NCBI GenBank assembly: GCA_964546835.1
Contig: CAZJKW010000001.1
Span: forward strand, 1 to 47,113
DNA: 47,113 nt
Reading direction: 5' to 3'
From: an uncultured Fimbriimonadales bacterium
GTDB lineage: Bacteria > Armatimonadota > Fimbriimonadia > Fimbriimonadales > ATM1
Shown in pieces: positions 30,418 to 38,264 of the stretch. Each line of letters starts with the position of its first letter. Position 1 is the stretch's first letter. The notes beneath the pieces are model-generated. The model did no database searches. It worked only from the letters and a program-made list of their open reading frames with translations, and was not told where the DNA came from. The translations under genes were made by a program, and so were the position numbers.

Positions 30418-30954
30418 ATGTGGTTAAGTTTGGTTCGGTTTTGCCGGTTACCAAATGTTAGCCGAATCGTGCCGATTTCAACCGTTGCTTTGTGGTGCCT
30501 TGTGGTAGGGGCTTATCTGTTCCTGCTGTATCTGGTTATGCGTCAAAAGCGAAACATGAGCGCAATTGACGAGTTACTCAAAGGTTCCGACGGAAGCCGT
30601 TTGGAGCCGCTTTTGGTTGAACATATGAGGTCAAAAGCCGCTTTGCAGTCCAATTGCGATGAACTTCGCAAGAGGGTGGATGACCTGGAACGAGAAGCAT
30701 TGAGACAAGTCGGCAATATTGGAATCATCCGCTACAACGCATTTGAGGAAGTCGGTGGCGATCAAAGTTTTGTGCTCGCATTGATTAATGAAGTCGGAGA
30801 CGGTGTTGTTGTAAACAGCATCACCGCCAGGTCTCAAACAAAAGTTTATGCAAAGGTATTGAGAAAGGGGGTTTGCGAGCAGCCACTAAGCCCTGAAGAA
30901 GCGCAAGCCCTTAATAAAGCCAAATCAAGGCGCCAAACAGCGGTGGATGCATGA
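30418..30954 (+). CDS. DUF4446-family membrane protein
   Basis: One N-terminal TM (ALWCLVVGAYLFLLYLV), a coiled segment, then IIRYNAFEEVGGDQSFVLALIN, typical of DUF4446. The start is uncertain: ATG 30406, ATG 30418 and GTG 30469 are all possible. Confidence 0.6.
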   Translation: MWLSLVRFCRLPNVSRIVPISTVALWCLVVGAYLFLLYLVMRQKRNMSAIDELLKGSDGSRLEPLLVEHMRSKAALQSNCDELRKRVDDLEREALRQVGNIGIIRYNAFEEVGGDQSFVLALINEVGDGVVVNSITARSQTKVYAKVLRKGVCEQPLSPEEAQALNKAKSRRQTAVDA

Positions 30955-31544
30955 GTGGCGCATCAGCCGAAGATTTAAGACTGATTGAAATGAGTCTTAA
31001 GGGTGACCGCGACGCTCTGGACCAGTTGGTGCGGAAATACCAACCGCGAGCTTATCAGTTTGCTTTTCGGCTAACCGGAGATCCGGATTCGGCTTCAGAT
31101 TTGACTGCAGAGGCATTTGTTCGGGCCTATAACAATTTGCATCGGTTTAGACAGGAAAGCCAGTTCAGCACATGGTTGTTTAGGATTTTGACCAATTGTT
31201 TTCTTGACACCAAGAAAAAGGAAAAACTTCGCAAGCACCAGAGTTTGGAGGATTTGGTTACCACTGAAGACGGCGAAGTTGAGAGGCAGTTTGAGAGTCA
31301 AGATGAGAGTCCGCTTGAGGTTGCCGAAGGCGAAGAGCGTAACCGGATTTTGAGTAAGGCCATTCGGAAACTGCCCGATTACCAGAGGGCAATGATTGTG
31401 ATGTACCACATTGAAATGCTGAGTTATGAGGAGATTGCAGCGAACTTGGATTTGCCGATTGGAACCGTCAAAAGCCGGCTTAACAGGGCGAGGTTGGCTC
31501 TCAGAGAACTGTTGGAACCGGTTCAGGAACTTTTTGGAGCATGA
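30951..31544 (+). CDS. ECF-type RNA polymerase sigma-70 family factor
   Basis: Region 2 (DLTAEAFVRAYNNLHRFR..FSTWLFRILTNCFLD) and region 4 (LSYEEIAANLDLPIGTVKSRLNRAR). ATGA overlap with the upstream gene. Confidence 0.85.
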   Translation: MSGASAEDLRLIEMSLKGDRDALDQLVRKYQPRAYQFAFRLTGDPDSASDLTAEAFVRAYNNLHRFRQESQFSTWLFRILTNCFLDTKKKEKLRKHQSLEDLVTTEDGEVERQFESQDESPLEVAEGEERNRILSKAIRKLPDYQRAMIVMYHIEMLSYEEIAANLDLPIGTVKSRLNRARLALRELLEPVQELFGA

Positions 31545-31579
31545 AAAGGTCAAACTCGAATAGGTTTGAGTGAATTAGA

Positions 31580-32440
31580 ATGAACCACGAACAAGCAAGA
31601 GAGTTATTCAGCGATTTGCATGAAGGATCCTTATCGGGGGCTTTACTGCAAAAGACTGAGCGTTATTTGGCCGAAAACCCTGATTTAAAGCGGGAGTTTG
31701 AGTCTTTTTGTTCGATGTTCGAGGGACTTCCAAGTTCAATGCCTGAGGTAGTTATGCCGGCCGGGCTGCACGAAGAAATTTCGCGGAGATTGGATAAAGA
31801 GATTTGGGAAAAGAAACGAAACAGTCCCGCTCGCTTCAACTGGTTAAGATTGTTTGCTTACGGTGCTGCTGCTGCAAGCGTGGGTGTGATTTCACTCATC
31901 GGAATTGCAAAGTTTACAAACACGGAGACGGTTGCTGCCGGACCCGGTATTGAGTTGCGAAATCAGAAGCCGACATTGCTGATGGTCGATCGGCAGATTC
32001 GACTCTCGTATAAAGCGAATCAACCTGTTTCGATGGAGATTTTTGAAGATAGCCCTGAAAGAAACCAACTTCCTCCAACAGGTTCTCAATTGATTCGGTC
32101 TGAGAAGTTGTTGGCACTTGAACAAGTAAACGTTCCTTTGCAAAGCACGAGTGAGTATTCGGCAATCGTTTGGGCGAAGTTCGGAACGGACGTCGTGGGA
32201 TTTGTGTTGCCGGGTCAAACGCAATTGGATGAAATTGGGGCATTTAGCGGAAAAGTTGTGGATGGACTGAAGTTAATCTGCGATAAGTTTGGTATTCCTA
32301 TTCAAATAGAAGCCGGTGCATTGGAGCCGGTTAGCGGAAGAAACTTTAAGGGACTTAGTATGCAGGCCGGATTGGAACATTTGCTCGAAGGCACAGGATT
32401 AAAGGCAACGGAAAAAGACGGCGTTATTTTTGTGAATTAA
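31580..32440 (+). CDS. Putative anti-sigma factor: one TM, periplasmic part ending in an STN-like domain
   Basis: It lies immediately downstream of the ECF sigma gene. N-terminal helical domain, TM LFAYGAAAASVGVISLIGIA, and a C terminus GLSMQAGLEHLLEGTGLKATEKDGVIFV resembling the secretin/TonB N-terminal (STN) motif. Confidence 0.6.
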   Translation: MNHEQARELFSDLHEGSLSGALLQKTERYLAENPDLKREFESFCSMFEGLPSSMPEVVMPAGLHEEISRRLDKEIWEKKRNSPARFNWLRLFAYGAAAASVGVISLIGIAKFTNTETVAAGPGIELRNQKPTLLMVDRQIRLSYKANQPVSMEIFEDSPERNQLPPTGSQLIRSEKLLALEQVNVPLQSTSEYSAIVWAKFGTDVVGFVLPGQTQLDEIGAFSGKVVDGLKLICDKFGIPIQIEAGALEPVSGRNFKGLSMQAGLEHLLEGTGLKATEKDGVIFVN

Positions 32441-33539
32441 ACCAGTCTCTTCCATCCTTGTCTGCAGCCAAAATATTTTCAAGTGTGGCTTCGGCTTTAG
32501 GTGTTACATCCAGTGATTTTTCACAAGATTCTTGAATCTTCAAGAACGAAATTTCTTCTCTTAAGAAAGCGTTTGCCTCTTCTTCATTCACTGCTTTCAA
32601 TAATGCAGGTTCGACGACTCAGATCATGAATGAGCGCTTTGCCAAATTTGGTCACATGAACGTTTCGTTATCCAAATCTTCAAATTCCAAATTCGGAGTG
32701 AGAGTTGGTTCCCACGTTTTTGAAGGTGTTGGAGATATGTGTTCGCCAAACAGGGCGAATTGAATTGGGAGTTTCATGTCGGGATGTCCCAACTGTCCCA
32801 GTACCGACCCATCAACAAACTTCACCATTGAGTGAATCACACTTTGCGGATGAACAATTACTTCTATATTTTCCGGCGGTTGATTGTATAGCCAACATGC
32901 TTCAATGATTTCGAGACCCTTGTTCATTAGCGTTGCACTATCAATCGTAATTTTCCCACCCATTTTCCAAGTCGGGTGATTAAGTGCCATTTCAGTTGTT
33001 ACCAACTGCAGTTTGTCTTTTTTCCAGCCCCGAAACGGTCCGCCGCTTGCAGTTAAATACAGTTTCTCAATTTCTGAATTTTTAGAACCAAGAATGCATT
33101 GCAAAATCGCTGAATGTTCAGAGTCAATTGGCAAAAATTGGACATTGTGCTTTTTTACTAAAGCCATAACTAATTCGCCACCGGCAACTAATACTTCTTT
33201 AGAAGCCAACGCAATTGCCTTCTTGCTTTTGATTGCCTCAATTGTGGGACCCAATCCAATCATTCCTGCGACCGAGATAACCACTAGGTCAACATCATCT
33301 GCGGTAACACATTCGATAATGCCTTCCATCCCGCGCAAAAAATTATTGTTTGTGTTTATAGACTTATTGTAAAGAGCCAATTTTGTCGGTCTGAACTCGT
33401 TTGCCTGTTTTTGGAGCAATTCAATGTTGCTGTGTGCGGCTAATCCAACTATCCTGATTTTGTCCGGATGTATTCGGGCCACATCAAGCGTTTGAGTTCC
33501 AATGCTTCCAGTGCTACCGATAACACAGATGCGAAGCAT
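32424..33539 (-). pseudogene. dxr: 1-deoxy-D-xylulose-5-phosphate reductoisomerase, single frame interrupted by two in-frame TGA codons (32652-32654 and 32619-32621)
   Basis: N-terminal ICVIGSTGSIGTQTLDV. The 295-aa track ORF stops at ...LDNETFM. The same frame continues as PNLAKRSFMI-TGA-VVEPALLKAVNEEEANAFLREEISFL... to a TAA at 32424. That continuation is the normal Dxr C terminus, and the total length of about 371 codons is normal. Confidence 0.8.
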
Positions 33540-33541
33540 GC

Positions 33542-34228
33542 TTAAAGTATTCCTCCGAATTTTCTCGTTCGTTTGGAATAAATTTCACACGCTTGTTTAA
33601 GATCATCGGGTGTAAATTCCGGCCACGTTTTGTCAAGGATTAACAATTCTGAGTATGCGCTTTGCCATATCAGAAAATTGCTAAGTCGCAATTCTCCTGC
33701 TGTGCGAATCAGTAGATCCGGATCAGGCACATCTGAATTGTATAAATTTGAGTTGATGGAATGTTCATCAATCATTTTAGTTCCAGCAGACAATGCATGA
33801 TTGACTGCATCAACGATTTCTGTTCGTCCACCATAATTTATTGCGAGAACAAAAGTGATACCGGAATTGTGTTTGGTTGTTTCTATTCCATTAGTTAGCG
33901 CTGTTTGCAACTCCATTGGCAATTCTTGTGTGCGACCGGAGATTCTAACTCGAACATTATTTTGGTGCATTTCAGGCAGTTCATCAATTGCCGCTTGTGT
34001 GATTAAAGTGAGGAGTGCATCAATTTCGTCTTTTGGGCGTTTCCAATTTTCGGCGGAAAAGGCATAAACTGTTAAGTACTTAACACCCAACTCATTTGCG
34101 GCAAGCAGAATTGATTTTAAGGTTTTGTATCCTTCGTTGTGGCCGATGATTCTCGGCAATTCTCTCTGAGTTGCCCATCTGCCATTGCCGTCCATGATTA
34201 TCCCGATATGAATGGGATAATTTTTCAA
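33542..34228 (-). CDS. uppS: Undecaprenyl-diphosphate synthase (cis-isoprenyl transferase)
   Basis: HIGIIMDGNGRWA motif, and the ERTEIV..R(T)AGE.RLSNFLIWQSAYSEL pattern is present. Confidence 0.9.
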   Translation of the reverse strand: MKNYPIHIGIIMDGNGRWATQRELPRIIGHNEGYKTLKSILLAANELGVKYLTVYAFSAENWKRPKDEIDALLTLITQAAIDELPEMHQNNVRVRISGRTQELPMELQTALTNGIETTKHNSGITFVLAINYGGRTEIVDAVNHALSAGTKMIDEHSINSNLYNSDVPDPDLLIRTAGELRLSNFLIWQSAYSELLILDKTWPEFTPDDLKQACEIYSKRTRKFGGIL

Positions 34229-34229
34229 A

Positions 34230-34787
34230 TTAGACTTCCATCAATTCAGCGTCTTTTTTCTTTTGCAAATCATGTATCTCTGCAACGAATTTATCCGTAA
34301 GTTTTTGGACTTCGCCATCCAAACGCTTTTTGTCATCTTCGCTGATTTCTTTGTCTTTAACGGCTTTATCAATATGGTGCATTACATCTCGTCGAACGTT
34401 TCGCACAGCAACGCACCCTTCTTCTGCGCGTTGATGAACTTGTTTTATCATTTCCTTTCTTCTTTCTTCTGTCATTTGCGGAAAGTTAAGTCTGACGCCT
34501 GTCCCATCGTTTACCGGTGTCAATCCTAAATCGCTTTTTAAGATAGCTTTTTCAATTGCCGGAATCATCTTCGAATCCCATGGTTGAATGAGCAATTGTC
34601 TTGGTTCGGGGACACTAACATTTGCGACTTGATTGAGGGGAGTTTCAGTTCCGTAATAATCAACCATCACTTTTTTCAAGATATCCGGATTGGCTCTACC
34701 GGTTCTTATGATGCCAAAGTCCCGTGTTGTTGCTTCAACGGCATGTTCCATTCTGCTTTTTGCGTCTTTCATCAATTGATCCAACAT
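34230..34787 (-). CDS. frr: Ribosome recycling factor
   Basis: 185 aa with the family-typical pattern LDQLMKDAKSRMEHAVE...IRTGRANP...VDYYG. It sits in pyrH-frr synteny. Confidence 0.9.
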   Translation of the reverse strand: MLDQLMKDAKSRMEHAVEATTRDFGIIRTGRANPDILKKVMVDYYGTETPLNQVANVSVPEPRQLLIQPWDSKMIPAIEKAILKSDLGLTPVNDGTGVRLNFPQMTEERRKEMIKQVHQRAEEGCVAVRNVRRDVMHHIDKAVKDKEISEDDKKRLDGEVQKLTDKFVAEIHDLQKKKDAELMEV

Positions 34788-35518
34788 TATTCGCCTCCAA
34801 CAAAAGTTCCGACTTGTTCACCGCAAGCCGCCCTTTTCATAGATCCTTGTTCATAAATGCTCAATACGATAATTGGTAATTTATGTTCTCTGCACATTGT
34901 AAAAGCGGTTTGGTCCATTACTCCCAACCTTTTTTGTATTGCATCGGAATAAGAGATTTCGGAAAATCGAATTGCGTCGTTGTACTTTTTTGGGTCTTTG
35001 TCATAAATCCCATCGACTTTGGTTGCTTTTAGTAATGCGTTTGCATTGATTTCAAGAGCCCGAAGCACTGCGGCTGTATCGGTTGTAAAGAAGGGATTGC
35101 CTGTACCGGCGGCAAGGATAACCACGCGTCCTTTTTCCAGGTGCCGAATGGCTCGTCGCCGAATGAAGGTTTCACTTACTGCTTGAACAGCGATTGCGCT
35201 CATTACTCGGCTATGGACTCCTGCTTTCTCGACTGCTTCCTGTAGTGCGAGCGCATTAATGATGGTGCCGAGCATTCCCATGTTATCTGCCACGGCTTGG
35301 TCAATCCCGCCTTCTTTGCTAAAAATGCTGCCTCGAACAAAATTTCCGCCACCCACGACGACCGCGCATTGGATACCTTGAGAGTGTACAGCAGTGATTT
35401 CTTCGGCAATGAACTTGATGATTTTGGGGTCAAGCCCTTGACCTTCTTCGCCGGCAAACGCTTCGCCCGAAAGTTTGAGTAATACGCGAGAACACCGTGA
35501 CCTTTCGGATGTTGTCAT
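34787..35518 (-). CDS. pyrH: UMP kinase
   Basis: RVLLKLSGEAF and VVVGGGNFVRG motifs. I chose the ATG at 35518 (243 aa). The longer 303-aa ORF adds a non-homologous extension. Confidence 0.88.
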   Translation of the reverse strand: MTTSERSRCSRVLLKLSGEAFAGEEGQGLDPKIIKFIAEEITAVHSQGIQCAVVVGGGNFVRGSIFSKEGGIDQAVADNMGMLGTIINALALQEAVEKAGVHSRVMSAIAVQAVSETFIRRRAIRHLEKGRVVILAAGTGNPFFTTDTAAVLRALEINANALLKATKVDGIYDKDPKKYNDAIRFSEISYSDAIQKRLGVMDQTAFTMCREHKLPIIVLSIYEQGSMKRAACGEQVGTFVGGE

Positions 35519-35588
35519 AGGGAACTGTAAGGTTACTCGATTGGGCGACCCTTTAGGGAAATTTTGCGTATTATCAGAGAGTTCACCG

Positions 35589-36368
35589 ATGAACCTATCG
35601 CTACTCGTTGCCATTTGCCTTTCGCCTGCTATTGAGCCAAGTTTGATTGCAGAAGTGGTTAGGGCTGCTCCGGGTAAGCCATTTTTGGTGGGAATCAAGA
35701 TGCAAGTTCCCGACGGATGGCATTTTTACTGGAAGAATGCGGGCGATTCCGGGATGCCGACGCGTGTGAATTGGCACGTTCCGACCGGTTCATTTGTTTC
35801 GGGAATGAAGTGGCCAGGTCCCAGCAAGGTTGCTTCAAATGGGGTAACCAGCTTTGGTTATGAGCATGAGACTGCACTTCTGGTCTCCGTTACACCGAGC
35901 CGGGATTTGAGAATTGGCGCTAACTTTGAAATTAGGGCATCGATTGAGTGGCTTGAATGTAAAGACACATGTGTCGCCCAGAGCAAGGAACTTATACTGT
36001 CATTGCCAATTGGGGTCTCCGCCAAATCATCCAAGGTGAAGGGATGGCTTCAACTGATGAACAGCCTTGTGCCTGTTTTGAATCAGGTGACAGCACATGG
36101 AAAAAAGAACGGAGACAAAATTGAAATGGAGTTTAGGCCGCAAAGACCATTTTCAGTTGAACCGATTAGTGCCTACTTTTATGCGATGGAGAATGAAATT
36201 TTGGATAACGGATTTGAACAAAATGGAATCATAGAAAAAAATAAAATTAGCATCGTAACAAAACTCTTTAACTCTTCCTACAAAAAAAGTTCGATCCAGG
36301 GAGTTTTGGAAGTTAGATGGAAAGGCAATTTGAAGAAATATTTCGAAGTAAATGTACCAATCAAATAA
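35589..36368 (+). CDS. DsbD N-terminal-domain-like thiol:disulfide interchange protein
   Basis: Signal peptide MNLSLLVAICLSPAI, then GWHFYWKNAGDSGMPT and WLECKDTCV, as in the DsbD-N/ScsB-type domain. Confidence 0.65.
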   Translation: MNLSLLVAICLSPAIEPSLIAEVVRAAPGKPFLVGIKMQVPDGWHFYWKNAGDSGMPTRVNWHVPTGSFVSGMKWPGPSKVASNGVTSFGYEHETALLVSVTPSRDLRIGANFEIRASIEWLECKDTCVAQSKELILSLPIGVSAKSSKVKGWLQLMNSLVPVLNQVTAHGKKNGDKIEMEFRPQRPFSVEPISAYFYAMENEILDNGFEQNGIIEKNKISIVTKLFNSSYKKSSIQGVLEVRWKGNLKKYFEVNVPIK

Positions 36369-36381
36369 TCAGGAGAAAAAA

Positions 36382-37005
36382 ATGAAATTCCTCAAAATAA
36401 TCAGCATGGTTGCCATAGCGAGCATATTGCTCGCTGCGAATGCGTTGCAGGGAGGTTCAAGCGTAAAAGTTGGAGAATTTGCACCGAATTTTTCATTGAC
36501 CGACATTGACGGCAAAAGCGTTGAACTTTCAAAACTACAAGGAAAGTATGTGATTTTGGAGTGGTGGAATTGCGATTGTCCGTTTGTGAAGAAATTCTAT
36601 GGCGCGGGTGAGATGCAACGACTTCAAAAAGAAATGACTGCAGACGGTGTCGTATGGATTTCCATTTGCTCATCTGCTGAAGGGCTGCAAGGATATCAAA
36701 CCAATGAGTCCGCTCAAGCAAAACGCAAAGAAGCGGGAATGAATTCAAGTCACATCATTCTTGATCCAAGCGGAAAACTTGGCAAGATATGGGGAGCCAA
36801 AACAACTCCGCATATGTTTATCATTGATCCGAATGGAAAAATTCAATATGATGGAGCCATAGACAGCATTCGTTCGGCGAATGCAGGCGATATTGCAAAA
36901 GCGGAAAATTATGTTGTCAAAGCATATAAAGAGTTGAAAGCCGGTATGCCTGTAACAACTTCAAAGACGCAGCCATACGGTTGCACCGTTAAATACGCTA
37001 ACTAA
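36382..37005 (+). CDS. Thioredoxin-fold redoxin-family protein
   Basis: AGGAG RBS and a signal peptide. It has FAPNFSLTDIDGK...VILEWWNCDCPFV and a C-terminal PYGCTVKY motif. Confidence 0.7.
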   Translation: MKFLKIISMVAIASILLAANALQGGSSVKVGEFAPNFSLTDIDGKSVELSKLQGKYVILEWWNCDCPFVKKFYGAGEMQRLQKEMTADGVVWISICSSAEGLQGYQTNESAQAKRKEAGMNSSHIILDPSGKLGKIWGAKTTPHMFIIDPNGKIQYDGAIDSIRSANAGDIAKAENYVVKAYKELKAGMPVTTSKTQPYGCTVKYAN

Positions 37006-37013
37006 AGCGATTG

Positions 37014-37049
37014 TTGGGTGTTTCTTGAATTTTTTCAAGAGGCACCCAA
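37014..37049. terminator. Long hairpin between convergent genes (bidirectional terminator candidate)
   Basis: ttgggtg-tt-tcttgaa, loop tttt, ttcaaga-gg-cacccaa. That is about 16 bp counting two U-G pairs. It overlaps the last codons of the ABC ATPase gene. Confidence 0.6.
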
Positions 37050-38261
37050 TTCATTTACTACTTGAATAATTTCGAATTCTGTGACTTCAGATGCGCCGGA
37101 GGAAAGTAAATCAGTTCTGATTTCGGTTGCCATACCCTCGGTAAAATCCCAATCGTCATTTTGCTTTATCAGGATAACGGGCTTGCCTTCTGCAAGCATC
37201 CTGCTTGCGAATTTCAGATTTTCAAGATTTCCGGTTGAAAACGGTGTTTTACAAACGATCAAAAGATCGCAATTCTTTGCAATATCAGTTGCTTTGTTTG
37301 TATGGAGGAGATTTATTGGCTCAAATGGATTTGCAGAAACCGAAGGAATTCCTAATTTAGTTGCCATTTCTTGGTCCGAATCTCCAATGTGTGTGACGCC
37401 GATGGAAAGTTTGTGCCCTAATTGCCAAAGGTGACTCATTAATGGAGCCGCGGAGCCGCCGCCACCAATCATGTGGATTCTTTTTGGCGACTCACTCTTT
37501 GTATGCACATTTAGTATGTCTGCCGTGACAAATGTTCGCCCACTCAAACTGTCGGTAAGTTTGGAAAACTTTGTACCGTAAACTTGCTCGAGTTCAGCAC
37601 TATGGATTATGTCTTCGGTCTTTTCTTTTAATATGATGCGCCCATCAAACATCAAGATTGAATTGTCCGAAACGGCAGTTGCAAGGTTTAAATCATGCAA
37701 TACGATGCATACTGTTTTTCCTTCATCAGTGAGTTTGCGGATTATGTTAATGGTTGCCAGTTGATAACCAATATCCATGTGAGCGGTGGGTTCGTCCATC
37801 AATATTACTGGAGTGTCTTGCGCTAGAGCCCTCGCCAAAAGAACTCGTTGTCTTTCTCCGCCACTTAAAGTAGAAAACACACGATTGCTTAAGTGAGTCA
37901 AATTCAAATTGTCCGTGATTCTATTGACAATGTCAAAGTTGACATCATCCCAAGGATTTCGCCCCATCAAAATTGTCTGTTTCACGCTAAATTCGAAAAT
38001 TGGTTCCTCGAACTGAGGAATAAGGGCAACCGAACGGGCGACCTGTTTTTGGTTGAGTAACTTTAGTTCATCGTTGCCGTATATGATTTTGCCGCCGGTG
38101 GTAGGAATTAGATTGCAGAGTGCTTTTAACAGTGTTGATTTGCCGCTACCGTTGGGGCCAATTATGGAAGTAATGGTGCCTGATAGAATTTCAAAACTTA
38201 CGTTGTGAAGGATAGTTTTGTCGCGATAACCTGCCGAAATTTGGTCAACAAATACATCCAT
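37035..38261 (-). CDS. ABC transporter ATP-binding protein (FepC/BtuD-like) fused to an uncharacterised C-terminal domain of about 150 aa
   Basis: Walker A GPNGSGKST, signature LSGGERQR, Walker B VILMDEPT and an H-loop LHD. From about aa 255 there is an extra domain starting IHMIGGGGSAAP (Rossmann-like glycine loop). Confidence 0.8.
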   Translation of the reverse strand: MDVFVDQISAGYRDKTILHNVSFEILSGTITSIIGPNGSGKSTLLKALCNLIPTTGGKIIYGNDELKLLNQKQVARSVALIPQFEEPIFEFSVKQTILMGRNPWDDVNFDIVNRITDNLNLTHLSNRVFSTLSGGERQRVLLARALAQDTPVILMDEPTAHMDIGYQLATINIIRKLTDEGKTVCIVLHDLNLATAVSDNSILMFDGRIILKEKTEDIIHSAELEQVYGTKFSKLTDSLSGRTFVTADILNVHTKSESPKRIHMIGGGGSAAPLMSHLWQLGHKLSIGVTHIGDSDQEMATKLGIPSVSANPFEPINLLHTNKATDIAKNCDLLIVCKTPFSTGNLENLKFASRMLAEGKPVILIKQNDDWDFTEGMATEIRTDLLSSGASEVTEFEIIQVVNELGAS

Positions 38262-38264
38262 CTT

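Noticed and set aside
31095-31553. 152-aa ORF on the minus strand
   Set aside because: It is antisense to the ECF sigma factor gene, whose regions 2 and 4 are unambiguous.
32600-32660. Selenocysteine insertion or genome-wide UGA reassignment as the explanation for the dxr TGAs
   Set aside because: I could not fold a convincing SECIS-like stem-loop right after either TGA; there is only a 10-nt ccaaatttgg palindrome. Dxr is not a known selenoprotein. Other genes in the window (kynA, the MFP gene) terminate at TGA at their expected ends.
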